Below are positions 1 to 11,100 of a stretch of DNA of 64,000 nt, in pieces (the stretch's first letter is position 1; the number at the start of each line of letters is the position of its first letter). Under the pieces are notes generated by a model. That model saw nothing but the letters and a program-made list of their open reading frames with translations, made no database searches and was not told where the DNA came from. Source of the DNA: Eledone cirrhosa (Eukaryota); NCBI GenBank assembly GCA_964016885.1, contig OZ024744.1, positions 127,472,001-127,536,000 of the forward strand. The letters run 5' to 3'. The position numbers and the translations under genes are program-made.

Positions 1-1739
1 AGTTGGGGTTGAGTTAAGTTGGGGTTAAGTTAAGTTGGGGTTAATTTAAGTTGGGGTTAAGTTAAGTTGGGGTTAAGATAAGTTGGGGTTAAGTTAAGTT
101 GGGGTTAAGTTAAGTTGGGGTTGAGTTAATTTGGGGTTAAGTTAAGTTGGGGTTAAGATAAGTTGGGGTTAAGTTAAGTTGGGGTTAAGTTAAGTTGGGG
201 TTGAGTTAATTTGGGGTTAAGTTAAGTTGGGGTTAACTTAAGTTGGGGTTAAGTTGGGGTTAAGTTAAGTTGGGGGTAGGTTAAGTTGGGGGCAAGTTAA
301 GTTGGGGTTAAGTTAAGTTGGGGTTAAGTTAAGTTGGGGGTAAGTTAAGTCGGGGTTAAGTTAACTTGGGGTTAAGTTAAGTTGGGGCTAAGTTAAGTTG
401 GGGCTGAGTTAAGTTGGGGGTAAGTTAAGTTGGGTGTAAGTTAAGTTGGGGTTAAGTTAAGTTGGGGTTCAGTTCAGTTGGGGTTAAGTTAAGTTGGGGT
501 TAAGTTAAGCTGGGGTTAAGTTAAGTTGGGGTTAAGTTAAGTTGGGGTTAAGTTAAGTTGGGGTTAAGTTAAGTTGGGGTTGAGTTAAGTTGGGGTTGAG
601 TTAAGTTGGGGTTAAGTTAAGTTGGGGTTAAGTTAAGTTGGGGTTAAGTTAAGTTGGGGGTAAGTTAAGTTGGGGGCAAGTTAAGTTAGGGTTAAGTTAA
701 AGTTGGGGTTAAGTTAAGTTGGGGTAAATTTAAGTTAGGGTTAAGTTAAGTTGGGGTTAAGTTAAGTTGGGGTTAAATTAAGTTGGGGTTCAGTTAAGTT
801 GGGGTTAAATTAAGTTGGGGTTAAATTAAGTTGGGGTTAAGTTAAGTGGGGGTTAAGGTAAGTTGGGGTTATGTTAAGTTGGGGCTAAGTTAAGTTGGGG
901 CTAAGTTAAGTTGGGGCTGAGTTAAGTTGGGGTTAAGTTAAGTTGGGGTTGAGTTAAGTTGGGGTTAAGTTAAGTTGGGATTAAGTTAAGTTGGGGTTGA
1001 GTTAAGTTCGGCTTGAGTTAAGTTGGGGTTAAGTTAAGTTGGGGTTAATTTAAGTTGGGGTTAAGTTAAGTTGGGGTTAAGATAAGTTGGGGTTAAGTTA
1101 AGTTGGGGTTAAGTTAAGTTGGGGTTGAGTTAATTTGGGGTTAAGTTAAGTTGGGGCTAACTTAAGTTGGGGTTAAGTTGGGGTTAAGTTAAGTTGGGGG
1201 TAGGTTAAGTTGGGGGCAAGTTAAGTTGGGGTTAAGGTAAGTTGGGGTTAAGTTAAGTTGGGGGTAAGTTAAGTCGGGGTTAAGTTAAGTTGGGGTTAAG
1301 TTAAGTTGGGTTTAAGTTAAGTTGGGGCTAAGTTAAGTTGGGGCTAAGTTAAGTTGGGGCTGAGTTAAGTTGGTGGTAAGTTAAGTTGGGTGTAAGGTAA
1401 GTTGGGGTTAAGTTAAGTTGGGGTTAATTTAAGTTGGGGTTGAGTTAATTTGGGTTTAAGTTAAGTTGGGCTTAACTTAAGTTGGGGTTAAGTTGGGGTT
1501 AAGTTAAGTTGGGGTTAAGTTAAGTTGGGGGTAAGTTAAGTTGGGGGCAATTAAGTTGGGGTTAATTTAAGTTGGGGTTAAGTTAAGTTGGGGTTATGTT
1601 AAGTTGGGGTTAAGTTAAGTTGGGGTTAAGTTAAGTTGGGGGTAACTTAAGTTGGGGTTAAGTTAAGTTGAGGGTAAGTTAAGTTGAGGGTAAGTTAAGT
1701 TGAGGTTAAGTTAAGTTGGGGTTAAGTTAAGTTGGGGTT

Positions 1740-2940
1740 AAGTTAAGTTGGGGTTAAATTAAGTTGGGGTTAAGTTAAGTTGGGGTTAAGTTAAGTTGGG
1801 GTTAAATTAAGTTGGGGTTCAGTTAAGTTGGGGTTAAATTAAGTTGGGGTTAAGTTAAGTTAGGGTTAGTTAAGTTGGGGTTAAGTTAAGTTGGGGTTAA
1901 GTTAAGTTGGGGTTAAGTTAAGTTGGGGTTAAGTTAAGTTGGCGTTAAGTTAAGTTGGGGTTAAGTTAAGTTGGGGTTAAATTAAGTTGGGGTTAAGTTA
2001 AGTTGGGGTTAATTTAAGTTGGGGTTAAGTTAAGTTGGGGTTAAGTTAAGTTGGAGTTAAGTCAAGTTGGGGTTAAGTCAAGTTGGGGTTAAGTCAAGTT
2101 GGGGTTAAGTCAAGTTGGGGTTAAGTTAAGTTGGGGTTAAGTTAAGTTGGGGTTAAGTTAAGTTGGGGTTAAGTTAAGTTGGGGTTAAGATAAGTTGGGG
2201 TTAAGTTAAGTTGGGGTTAATTTAAGTTGGGGTTGAGTTAATTTGGGTTTAAGTTAAGTTGGGCTTAACTTAAGTTGGGGTTAAGTTGGGGTTAAGTTAA
2301 GTTGGGGTTAATTTAAGTTGGGGGTAAGTTAAGTTGGGGGCAAGTTAAGTTGGGGTTAATTTAAGTTGGGGTTAAATTAAGTCGGGGTTATGTTAAGTTG
2401 GGGTTAAGTTAAGTTGGGGGTAACTTAAGTTGGGGTTAAGTTAAGTTGAGGGTAAGTTAAGTTGAGGGTAAGTTAAATTGAGGTTAAGTTAAGTTGGGGT
2501 TGAGTTAAGTTGGGGGTAAGTTAAGTTGGGGTTAAATTAAGTTGGGGTTAAGTTAAGTTGGGCTTAAGTTAAGTTGGGGTTAAATTAAGTTGGGGTTCAG
2601 TTAAGTTGGGGTTAAATTAAGTTGGGGTTAAGTTAAGTTGGGGTTAGTTAAGTTGGGGTTAAGTTAAGTTGGGGTTAAGTTAAGTTGGGGTTAAGTTAAG
2701 TTGGGGTTAAGTTAAGTTGGCGTTAAGTTAAGTTGGGGTTAAGTTAAGTTGGGGTTAAATTAAGTTGGGGTTAAGTTAAGTTGGGGTTAATTTAAGTTGG
2801 GGTTAAGTTAAGTTGGGGTTAAGTTAAGTTGGAGTTAAGTCAAGTTGGGGTTAAGTCAAGTTGGGGTTAAGTCAAGTTGGGGTTAAGTCAAGTTGGGGTT
2901 AAGTTAAGTTGGGGTTAAGTTAAGTTGGGGTTAAGTTAAG
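1740..2940 (+). repeat. Local duplication, 778-bp offset
   Basis: GGCGTT variant has C at 1,943 and 2,721. Each is followed by the same GGAGTT plus four AAGTCAAG monomers. Confidence 0.8.
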
Positions 2941-3099
2941 TTGGGGTTATGTTAAGTTGGGGGTAAGTTAAGTTGAGGGTAAGTTAAGTCGGGGTTAAGT
3001 TAAGTTGGGGTTAAATTAAGTTGGGGGTAAGTTAAGTTGGGGGTAAGTTAAGTTGGGGTTAAGTTAAGTTGGGGTTAAATTAAGTTGAGGTTAAGTTAA

Positions 3100-4300
3100 G
3101 TTGGGGGTAAGATAAGTTGGTCCTAAGTTAAGTTGGGGCTAAGTCAAGTTGGGGTTAAGTCAAGTTGAGGTTAACTTAAGTTGGGGTTAAGTTAAGTTGG
3201 GGTTAAGTTAAGTCGGGGTTAAGTTAAGTTGGGGTTAAGGTAAGTTGGGGTTATGTTAAGTTGGGGCTAAGTTAAGTTGGGGCTAAGTTAAGTTGGGGCT
3301 GAGTTAAGTTGGGGTTAAGTTAAGTTGGGGTTGAGTTAAGTTGGGGTTAAGTTAAGTTGGGGTTAATTTAAGTTGGGGTTAAGTTAAGTTGGGGTTAAGA
3401 TAAGTTGGGGTTAAGTTAAGTTGGGGTTAAGTTAAGTTGGGGTTGAGTTAATTTGGGGTTAAGTTAAGTTGGGGTTAACTTAAGTTGGGGTTAAGTTGGG
3501 GTTAAGTTAAGTTGGGGGTAGGTTAAGTTGGGGGCAAGTTAAGTTGGGGTTAAGTTAAGTTGGGGTTAAGTTAAGTTGGGGGTAAGTTAAGTCGGGGTTA
3601 AGTTAAGTTGGGGTTTAGTTAAGTTGGGTTTAAGTTAAGTTGGGGCTAAGTTAAGTTGGGGCTAAGTTAAGTTGGGGCTGAGTTAAGTAGGGGGTAAGTT
3701 AAGTTGGGGGTAAGATAAGTTGGTCCTAAGTTAAGTTGGGGCTAAGTCAAGTTGGGGTTAAGTCAAGTTGAGGTTAACTTAAGTTGGGGTTAAGTTAAGT
3801 TGGGGTTAAGTTAAGTCGGGGTTAAGTTAAGTTGGGGTTAAGTTAAGTTGGGGTTATGTTAAGTTGGGGCTAAGTTAAGTTGGGGCTAAGTTAAGTTGGG
3901 GCTGAGTTAAGTTGGGGTTAAGTTAAGTTGGGGTTGAGTTAAGTTGGGGTTAAGTTAAGTTGGGGTTAATTTAAGTTGGGGTTAAGTTAAGTTGGGGTTA
4001 AGATAAGTTGGGGTTAAGTTAAGTTGGGGTTAAGTTAAGTTGGGGTTGAGTTAATTTGGGGTTAAGTTAAGTTGGGGTTAAGATAAGTTGGGGTTAAGTT
4101 AAGTTGGGGTTAAGTTAAGTTGGGGTTGAGTTAATTTGGGGTTAAGTTAAGTTGGGGTTAACTTAAGTTGGGGTTAAGTTGGGGTTAAGTTAAGTTGGGG
4201 GTAGGTTAAGTTGGGGGCAAGTTAAGTTGGGGTTAAGTTAAGTTGGGGTTAAGTTAAGTTGGGGGTAAGTTAAGTCGGGGTTAAGTTAACTTGGGGTTAA
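3100..4300 (+). repeat. Local tandem duplication, 603-bp offset
   Basis: GGTCCTAAG variant has T at 3,121 and 3,724, with largely the same downstream variant order. Confidence 0.8.
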
Positions 4301-7300
4301 GTTAAGTTGGGGCTAAGTTAAGTTGGGGCTGAGTTAAGTTGGGGGTAAGTTAAGTTGGGTGTAAGTTAAGTTGGGGTTAAGTTAAGTTGGGGTTCAGTTC
4401 AGTTGGGGTTAAGTTAAGTTGGGGTTAAGTTAAGCTGGGGTTAAGTTAAGTTGGGGTTAAGTTAAGTTGGGGTTAAGTTAAGTTGGGGTTAAGTTAAGTT
4501 GGGGTTGAGTTAAGTTGGGGTTGAGTTAAGTTGGGGTTAAGTTAAGTTGGGGTTAAGTTAAGTTGGGGTTAAGTTAAGTTGGGGGTAAGTTAAGTTGGGG
4601 GCAAGTTAAGTTGGGGTTAAGTTAAAGTTGGGGTTAAGTTAAGTTGGGGTAAATTTAAGTTAGGGTTAAGTTAAGTTGGGGTTAAGTTAAGTTGGGGTTA
4701 AATTAAGTTGGGGTTCAGTTAAGTTGGGGTTAAATTAAGTTGGGGTTAAATTAAGTTGGGGTTAAGTTAAGTGGGGGTTAAGGTAAGTTGGGGTTATGTT
4801 AAGTTGGGGCTAAGTTAAGTTGGGGCTAAGTTAAGTTGGGGCTGAGTTAAGTTGGGGTTAAGTTAAGTTGGGGTTGAGTTAAGTTGGGGTTAAGTTAAGT
4901 TGGGATTAAGTTAAGTTGGGGTTGAGTTAAGTTCGGCTTGAGTTAAGTTGGGGTTAAGTTAAGTTGGGGTTAATTTAAGTTGGGGTTAAGTTAAGTTGGG
5001 GTTAAGATAAGTTGGGGTTAAGTTAAGTTGGGGTTAAGTTAAGTTGGGGTTGAGTTAATTTGGGGTTAAGTTAAGTTGGGGCTAACTTAAGTTGGGGTTA
5101 AGTTGGGGTTAAGTTAAGTTGGGGGTAGGTTAAGTTGGGGGCAAGTTAAGTTGGGGTTAAGGTAAGTTGGGGTTAAGTTAAGTTGGGGGTAAGTTAAGTC
5201 GGGGTTAAGTTAAGTTGGGGTTAAGTTAAGTTGGGTTTAAGTTAAGTTGGGGCTAAGTTAAGTTGGGGCTAAGTTAAGTTGGGGCTGAGTTAAGTTGGTG
5301 GTAAGTTAAGTTGGGTGTAAGGTAAGTTGGGGTTAAGTTAAGTTGGGGTTAATTTAAGTTGGGGTTGAGTTAATTTGGGTTTAAGTTAAGTTGGGCTTAA
5401 CTTAAGTTGGGGTTAAGTTGGGGTTAAGTTAAGTTGGGGTTAAGTTAAGTTGGGGGTAAGTTAAGTTGGGGGCAATTAAGTTGGGGTTAATTTAAGTTGG
5501 GGTTAAGTTAAGTTGGGGTTATGTTAAGTTGGGGTTAAGTTAAGTTGGGGTTAAGTTAAGTTGGGGGTAACTTAAGTTGGGGTTAAGTTAAGTTGAGGGT
5601 AAGTTAAGTTGAGGGTAAGTTAAGTTGAGGTTAAGTTAAGTTGGGGTTAAGTTAAGTTGGGGTTAAGTTAAGTTGGGGTTAAATTAAGTTGGGGTTAAGT
5701 TAAGTTGGGGTTAAGTTAAGTTGGGGTTAAATTAAGTTGGGGTTCAGTTAAGTTGGGGTTAAATTAAGTTGGGGTTAAGTTAAGTTAGGGTTAGTTAAGT
5801 TGGGGTTAAGTTAAGTTGGGGTTAAGTTAAGTTGGGGTTAAGTTAAGTTGGGGTTAAGTTAAGTTGGCGTTAAGTTAAGTTGGGGTTAAGTTAAGTTGGG
5901 GTTAAATTAAGTTGGGGTTAAGTTAAGTTGGGGTTAATTTAAGTTGGGGTTAAGTTAAGTTGGGGTTAAGTTAAGTTGGAGTTAAGTCAAGTTGGGGTTA
6001 AGTCAAGTTGGGGTTAAGTCAAGTTGGGGTTAAGTCAAGTTGGGGTTAAGTTAAGTTGGGGTTAAGTTAAGTTGGGGTTAAGTTAAGTTGGGGTTAAGTT
6101 AAGTTGGGGTTAAGATAAGTTGGGGTTAAGTTAAGTTGGGGTTAATTTAAGTTGGGGTTGAGTTAATTTGGGTTTAAGTTAAGTTGGGCTTAACTTAAGT
6201 TGGGGTTAAGTTGGGGTTAAGTTAAGTTGGGGTTAATTTAAGTTGGGGGTAAGTTAAGTTGGGGGCAAGTTAAGTTGGGGTTAATTTAAGTTGGGGTTAA
6301 ATTAAGTCGGGGTTATGTTAAGTTGGGGTTAAGTTAAGTTGGGGGTAACTTAAGTTGGGGTTAAGTTAAGTTGAGGGTAAGTTAAATTGAGGTTAAGTTA
6401 AGTTGGGGTTGAGTTAAGTTGGGGGTAAGTTAAGTTGGGGATAAGTTAAGTTGGGGTTAAGTTAAGTTGGGGTTAAATTAAGTTGAGGTTAAGTTAATTT
6501 GGGGATAAGTTCAGTTGGGGTTAAGTTAAGTTGGGGGTAAGATAAGTTGGGGCTAAGTTAAGTTGGGGCTAAGTCAAGTTGGGGTTAAGTCAAGTTGAGG
6601 TTAACTTAAGTTGGGGTTAAGTTAAGTTGGGGTTAAGTTAAGTTGGGGTTAAGGTAAGTTGGGGTTAAGTTAAGTTGGGGCTAAGTTAAGTTGGGGCTAA
6701 GTTAAGTTGGGGCTGAGTTAAGTTGGGGTTAAGTTGGGGTTGAGTTAAGTTGGGGTTAAGTTAAGTTGGGATTAAGTTAAGTTGGGGTTAAGTTAAGTTC
6801 GGGTTGAGTTAAGTTGGGGTTAAGTTAAGTTGGGGTTAAGTTAAGTTGGGGGTAAGTTAAGTTGGGGGCAAGTTGAGTTGGGGTTAAGTTAAGTTGGGGT
6901 TAAGTTAAGGTGGGGGTAAGTTAAGTTGGGGGTAAGTTAAGTTGGGGTTAAGTTAAGTTGGGGTTAAGTTAAGTTGGGTTTAAGTTAAGTTGGGGCTAAG
7001 TTAAGTTGGGGCTAAGTTAAGTTGGGGCTGAGTTAAGTTGGGGTTAAGTTAAGTTGGGGTTAAGTTGGGGTTAACTTAAGTTGGGGTTAAGTTGGGGTTA
7101 AGTTAAGTTGGGGTTAAATTAAGTTGGGGGTTAGTTAAGTTGGGGCAAGTTAAGTTGGGGTTAATTTAAGTTGGGGTTAAGTTAAGTTGGGGTTATGTTA
7201 AGTTGGGGTTAAGTTAAGTTGGGGTTAAGTTAAGTTGGGGGTAAGTTAAGTTGGGGTTAAGTTAAGTTGGGGGTAAGTTAAGTTGAGGGTAAGTTAAGTT

Positions 7301-8199
7301 GGGGTTAAGTTAAGTTGGGGTTAAATTAAGTTGGGGGTAAGTTAAGTTGGGGGTAAGTTAATTGGGGTTAAGTTAAGTTGGGGTTAAATTAAGTTGAGGT
7401 TAAGTGAAGTTGGGGTTAAGTTAAGTTGGGGGTAAGATAAGTTGGGGGTAAGATAAGTTGGGGCTAAGTTAAGTTGGGGCTAAGTCAAGTTGGGGTTAAT
7501 TCAAGTTTAGGTTAACTTAAGTTGGGGTTAAGTTAAGTTGGGGTTAAGTTAAGTTGGGGTTAAGGTAAGTTGGGGTTATGTTAAGTTGGGGCTAAGTTAA
7601 GTTGGGGCTAAGTTAAGTTGGGGCTGAGTTAAGTTGGGGTTAAGTTAAGTTGGGGTTGAGTTAAGTTGGGGTTAAGTTAAGTTGGGATTAAGTTAAGTTG
7701 GGGTTAAGTTAAGTTCGGCTTGAGTTAAGTTGGGGTTAAGTTAAGTTGGGGTTAATTTAAGTTGGGGTTAAGTTAAGTTGGGGTTAAGATAAGTTGGGGT
7801 TAAGTTAAGTTGGGGTTAAGTTAAGTTGGGGTTGAGTTAATTTGGGGTTAAGTTAAGTTGGGGTTAACTTAAGTTGGGGTTAAGTTGGGGTTAAGTTAAG
7901 TTGGGGGTAGGTTAAGTTGGGGGCAAGTTAAGTTGGGGTTAAGTTAAGTTGGGGTTAAGTTAAGTTGGGGGTAAGTTAAGTCGGGATTAAGTTAACTTGG
8001 GGTTAAGTTAAGTTGGGTTTAAGTTAAGTTGGGGCTAAGTTAAGTTGGGGCTAAGTTAAGTTGGGGTTAAGTTAAGTTGGGGTTGAGTTAAGTTGGGGTT
8101 GAGTTAAGTTGGGGTTAAGTTAAGTTGGGGTTAAGTTAAGTTGGGGTTAAGTTAAGTTGGGGTTAAGTTAAGTTGGGGTTAAGTTAAGTTGGGGGTAAG

Positions 8200-11100
8200 T
8201 TAAGTTGGGGGCAAGTTAAGTTGGGGTTAAGTTAAAGTTGGGGTTAAGTTAAGTTGGGGTAAAGTTAAGTTAGGGTTAAGTTAAGTTGGGGTTAAGTTAA
8301 GTTGGGGTTAAATTAAGTTGGGGTTCAGTTAAGTTGGGGTTAAATTAAGTTGGGGTTAAGTTAAGTTGGGGTTAAGTTAAGTTGGGGTTAAGGTAAGTTG
8401 GGGTTATGTTAAGTTGGGGCTAAGTTAAGTTGGGGCTAAGTTAAGTTGGGGCTGAGTTAAGTTGGGGTGAAGTTAAGTTGGGGTTGAGTTAAGTTGGGGT
8501 TAAGTTAAGTTGGGATTAAGTTAAGTTGGGGTTGAGTTAAGTTCGGCTTGAGTTAAGTTGGAGTTAAGTTAATTTGGGGTTAATTTAAGTTGGGGTTAAG
8601 TTAAGTTGGGGTTAAGATAAGTTGGGGTTAAGTTAAGTTGGGGTTAAGTTAAGTTGGGGTTGAGTTAATTTGGGGTTAAGTTAAGTTGGGGTTAACTTAA
8701 GTTGGGGTTAAGTTGGGGTTAAGTTAAGTTGGGGGTAGGTTAAGTTGGGGGCAAGTTAAGTTGGGGTTAAGTTAAGTTGGGGTTAAGTTAAGTTGGGGGT
8801 AAGTTAAGTCGGGGTTAAGTTAAGTTGGGGTTAAGTTAAGTTGGGTTTAAGTTAAGTTGGGGCTGAGTTAAGTTGGGGGTAAGTTAAGTTGGGGTTAAGT
8901 TAAGTTGGGGTTAATTTAAGTTGGGGTTGAGTTAATTTGGGTTTAAGTTAAGTTGGGCTTAACTTAAGTTGGGGTTAAGTTGGGGTTAAGTTAAGTTGGG
9001 GTTAAGTTAAGTTGGGGGTAAGTTAAGTTGGGGGCAAGTTATGTTGGGGTTAATTTAAGTTGGGCTTAAGTTAAGTTGGGGTTATGTTAAATTGGGGTTA
9101 AGTTATGTTGGGGTTAAGTTAAGTTGGGGCTAACTTAAGTTGGGGTTAAGTTAAGTTGAGGGTAAGTTAAGTTGAGGGTAAGTTAAGTTGAGGTTAAGTT
9201 AAGTTGGGGTTAAGTTAAGTTGGGGGTAAGTTAAGTTGGGGGTAAGTTAAGTTGGGGTTAAGTTAAGTTGGGGTTAAATTAAGTTGAGGTTAAGTTAATT
9301 TGGGGTTAAGTTAAGTTGGGGTTAAGTTAAGTTGGGGTTAAGTTAAGTTGGGGTTAAATTAAGTTGGGGTTCAGTTAAGTTGGGGTTAAATTAAGTTGGG
9401 GTTAAGTTAAGTTGGGGTTAAGTTAAGTTGGGGTTAAGGTAAGTTGGGGTTATGTTAAGTTGGGGCTAAGTTAAGTTGGGGCTAAGTTAAGTTGGGGCTG
9501 AGTTAAGTTGGGGTTAAGTTAAGTTGGGGTTGAGTTAAGTTGGGGTTAAGTTAAGTTGGGATTAAGTTAAGTTGGGGTTGAGTTAAGTTCGGCTTGAGTT
9601 AAGTTGGGGTTAAGTTAAGTTGGGGTTAATTTAAGTTGGGGTTAAGTTAAGTTGGGGTTAAGATAAGTTGGGGTTAAGTTAAGTTGGGGTTAAGTTAAGT
9701 TGGGGTTGAGTTAATTTGGGGTTAAGTTAAGTTGGGGCTAACTTAAGTTGGGGTTAAGTTAAGTTGGGGGTAGGTTAAGTTGGGGGCAAGTTAAGTTGGG
9801 GTTAAGGTAAGTTGGGGTTAAGTTAAGTTGGGGGTAAGTTGAGTCGGGGTTAAGTTAAGTTGGGGTTAAGTTAAGTTGGGTTTAAGTTAAGTTGGGGCTA
9901 AGTTAAGTTGGGGCTAAGTTAAGTTGGGGCTGAGTTAAGTTGGGGGTAAGTTAAGTTGGGTGTAAGGTAAGTTGGGGTTAAGTTAAGTTGGGGTTAATTT
10001 AAGTTGGGGTTGAGTTAATTTGGGTTTAAGTTAAGTTGGGCTTAACTTAAGTTGGGGTTAAGTTGGGGTTAAGTTAAGTTGGGGGCAATTAAGTTGGGGT
10101 TAATTTAAGTTGGGGTTAAGTTAAGTTGGGGTTATGTTAAGTTGGGGTTAAGTTAAGTTGGGGTTAAGTTAAGTTGGGGGTAACTTAAGTTGGGGTTAAG
10201 TTAAGTTGAGGGTAAGTTAAGTTGAGGGTAAGTTAAGTTGAGGTTAAGTTAAGTTGGGGTTAAGTTAAGTTGGGGTTAAGTTAATTTGGGGTTAAATTAA
10301 GTTGGGGTTAAGTTAAGTTGGGGTTCAGTTAAGTTGGGGTTAAATTAAGTTGGGGTTCAGTTAAGTTGGGGTTAAATTAAGTTGGGGTTAAGTTAAGTTG
10401 GGGTTAGTTAAGTTGGGGTTAAGTTAAGTTGGGGTTAAGTTAAGTTGGGGTTAAGTTAAGTTGGGGTTAAGTTAAGTTGGCGTTAAGTTAAGTTGGGGTT
10501 AAGTTAAGTTGGGGTTAAATTAAGTTGGGGTTAAGTTAAGTTGGGGTTAATTTAAGTTGGGGTTAAGTTAAGTTGGGGTTAAGTTAAGTTGGAGTTAAGT
10601 TAAGTTAGGGTTAAGTTAAGCTGGGGGTAAGTTAAGTTGGGGTTAAGTTAAGTTGGGGTTAAGTTAAGTTGGGGTTCAGTTAAGTTGGGGTTAAGTTAAG
10701 TTGGAGTTAAGTTAAGTTGGAGTTAAGTTAAGTTAGGGTTAAGCTAAGTTGGGGTTCAGTTAAGTTGGGGTTAAGTTAATTTGGGGCTGAGTTAAGTTGG
10801 GGTTAAGTTAATTTCGGGTTGAGTTAAGTTGGGGTTAAATTAAGTTGGGGTTAAGATAAGTTGGGGTTAAGTTAAGTTGGGGTTAATTTAAGTTGGGGTT
10901 GAGTTAATTTGGGTTTAAGTTAAGTTGGGCTTAACTTAAGTTGGGGTTAAGTTGGGGTTAAGTTAAGTTGGGGTTAAGTTGGGGTTAAGTTAAGTTGGGG
11001 GTAAGTTAAGTTGGGGGCAAGTTAAGTTGGGGTTAATTTAAGTTGGGGTTAAGTTAAGTTGGGGTTATGTTAAGTTGGGGTTAATTTAAGTTGGGGTTAA

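Larger units (their letters stand above)
1..6440 (+). repeat. Direct duplication with 3,925-bp offset (1-~2,500 vs 3,926-~6,440)
   Basis: Position 1 aligns to 3,926. The AAA insertion lies at 699 and 4,624. Shared rare variants include GTGGGGGTTAAGGTA (~846/~4,771) and GGTGGTAAG (~1,371/~5,296). One difference noted: A688 vs G4613. Confidence 0.9.

Noticed and set aside
235-260. Palindromic variant AACTTAAGTT frequently followed by an 11-bp monomer, suggesting hairpin-induced deletion
   Set aside because: The recurrences lie in duplicated blocks and are best explained by shared descent. Many palindromic variants have no adjacent deletion.
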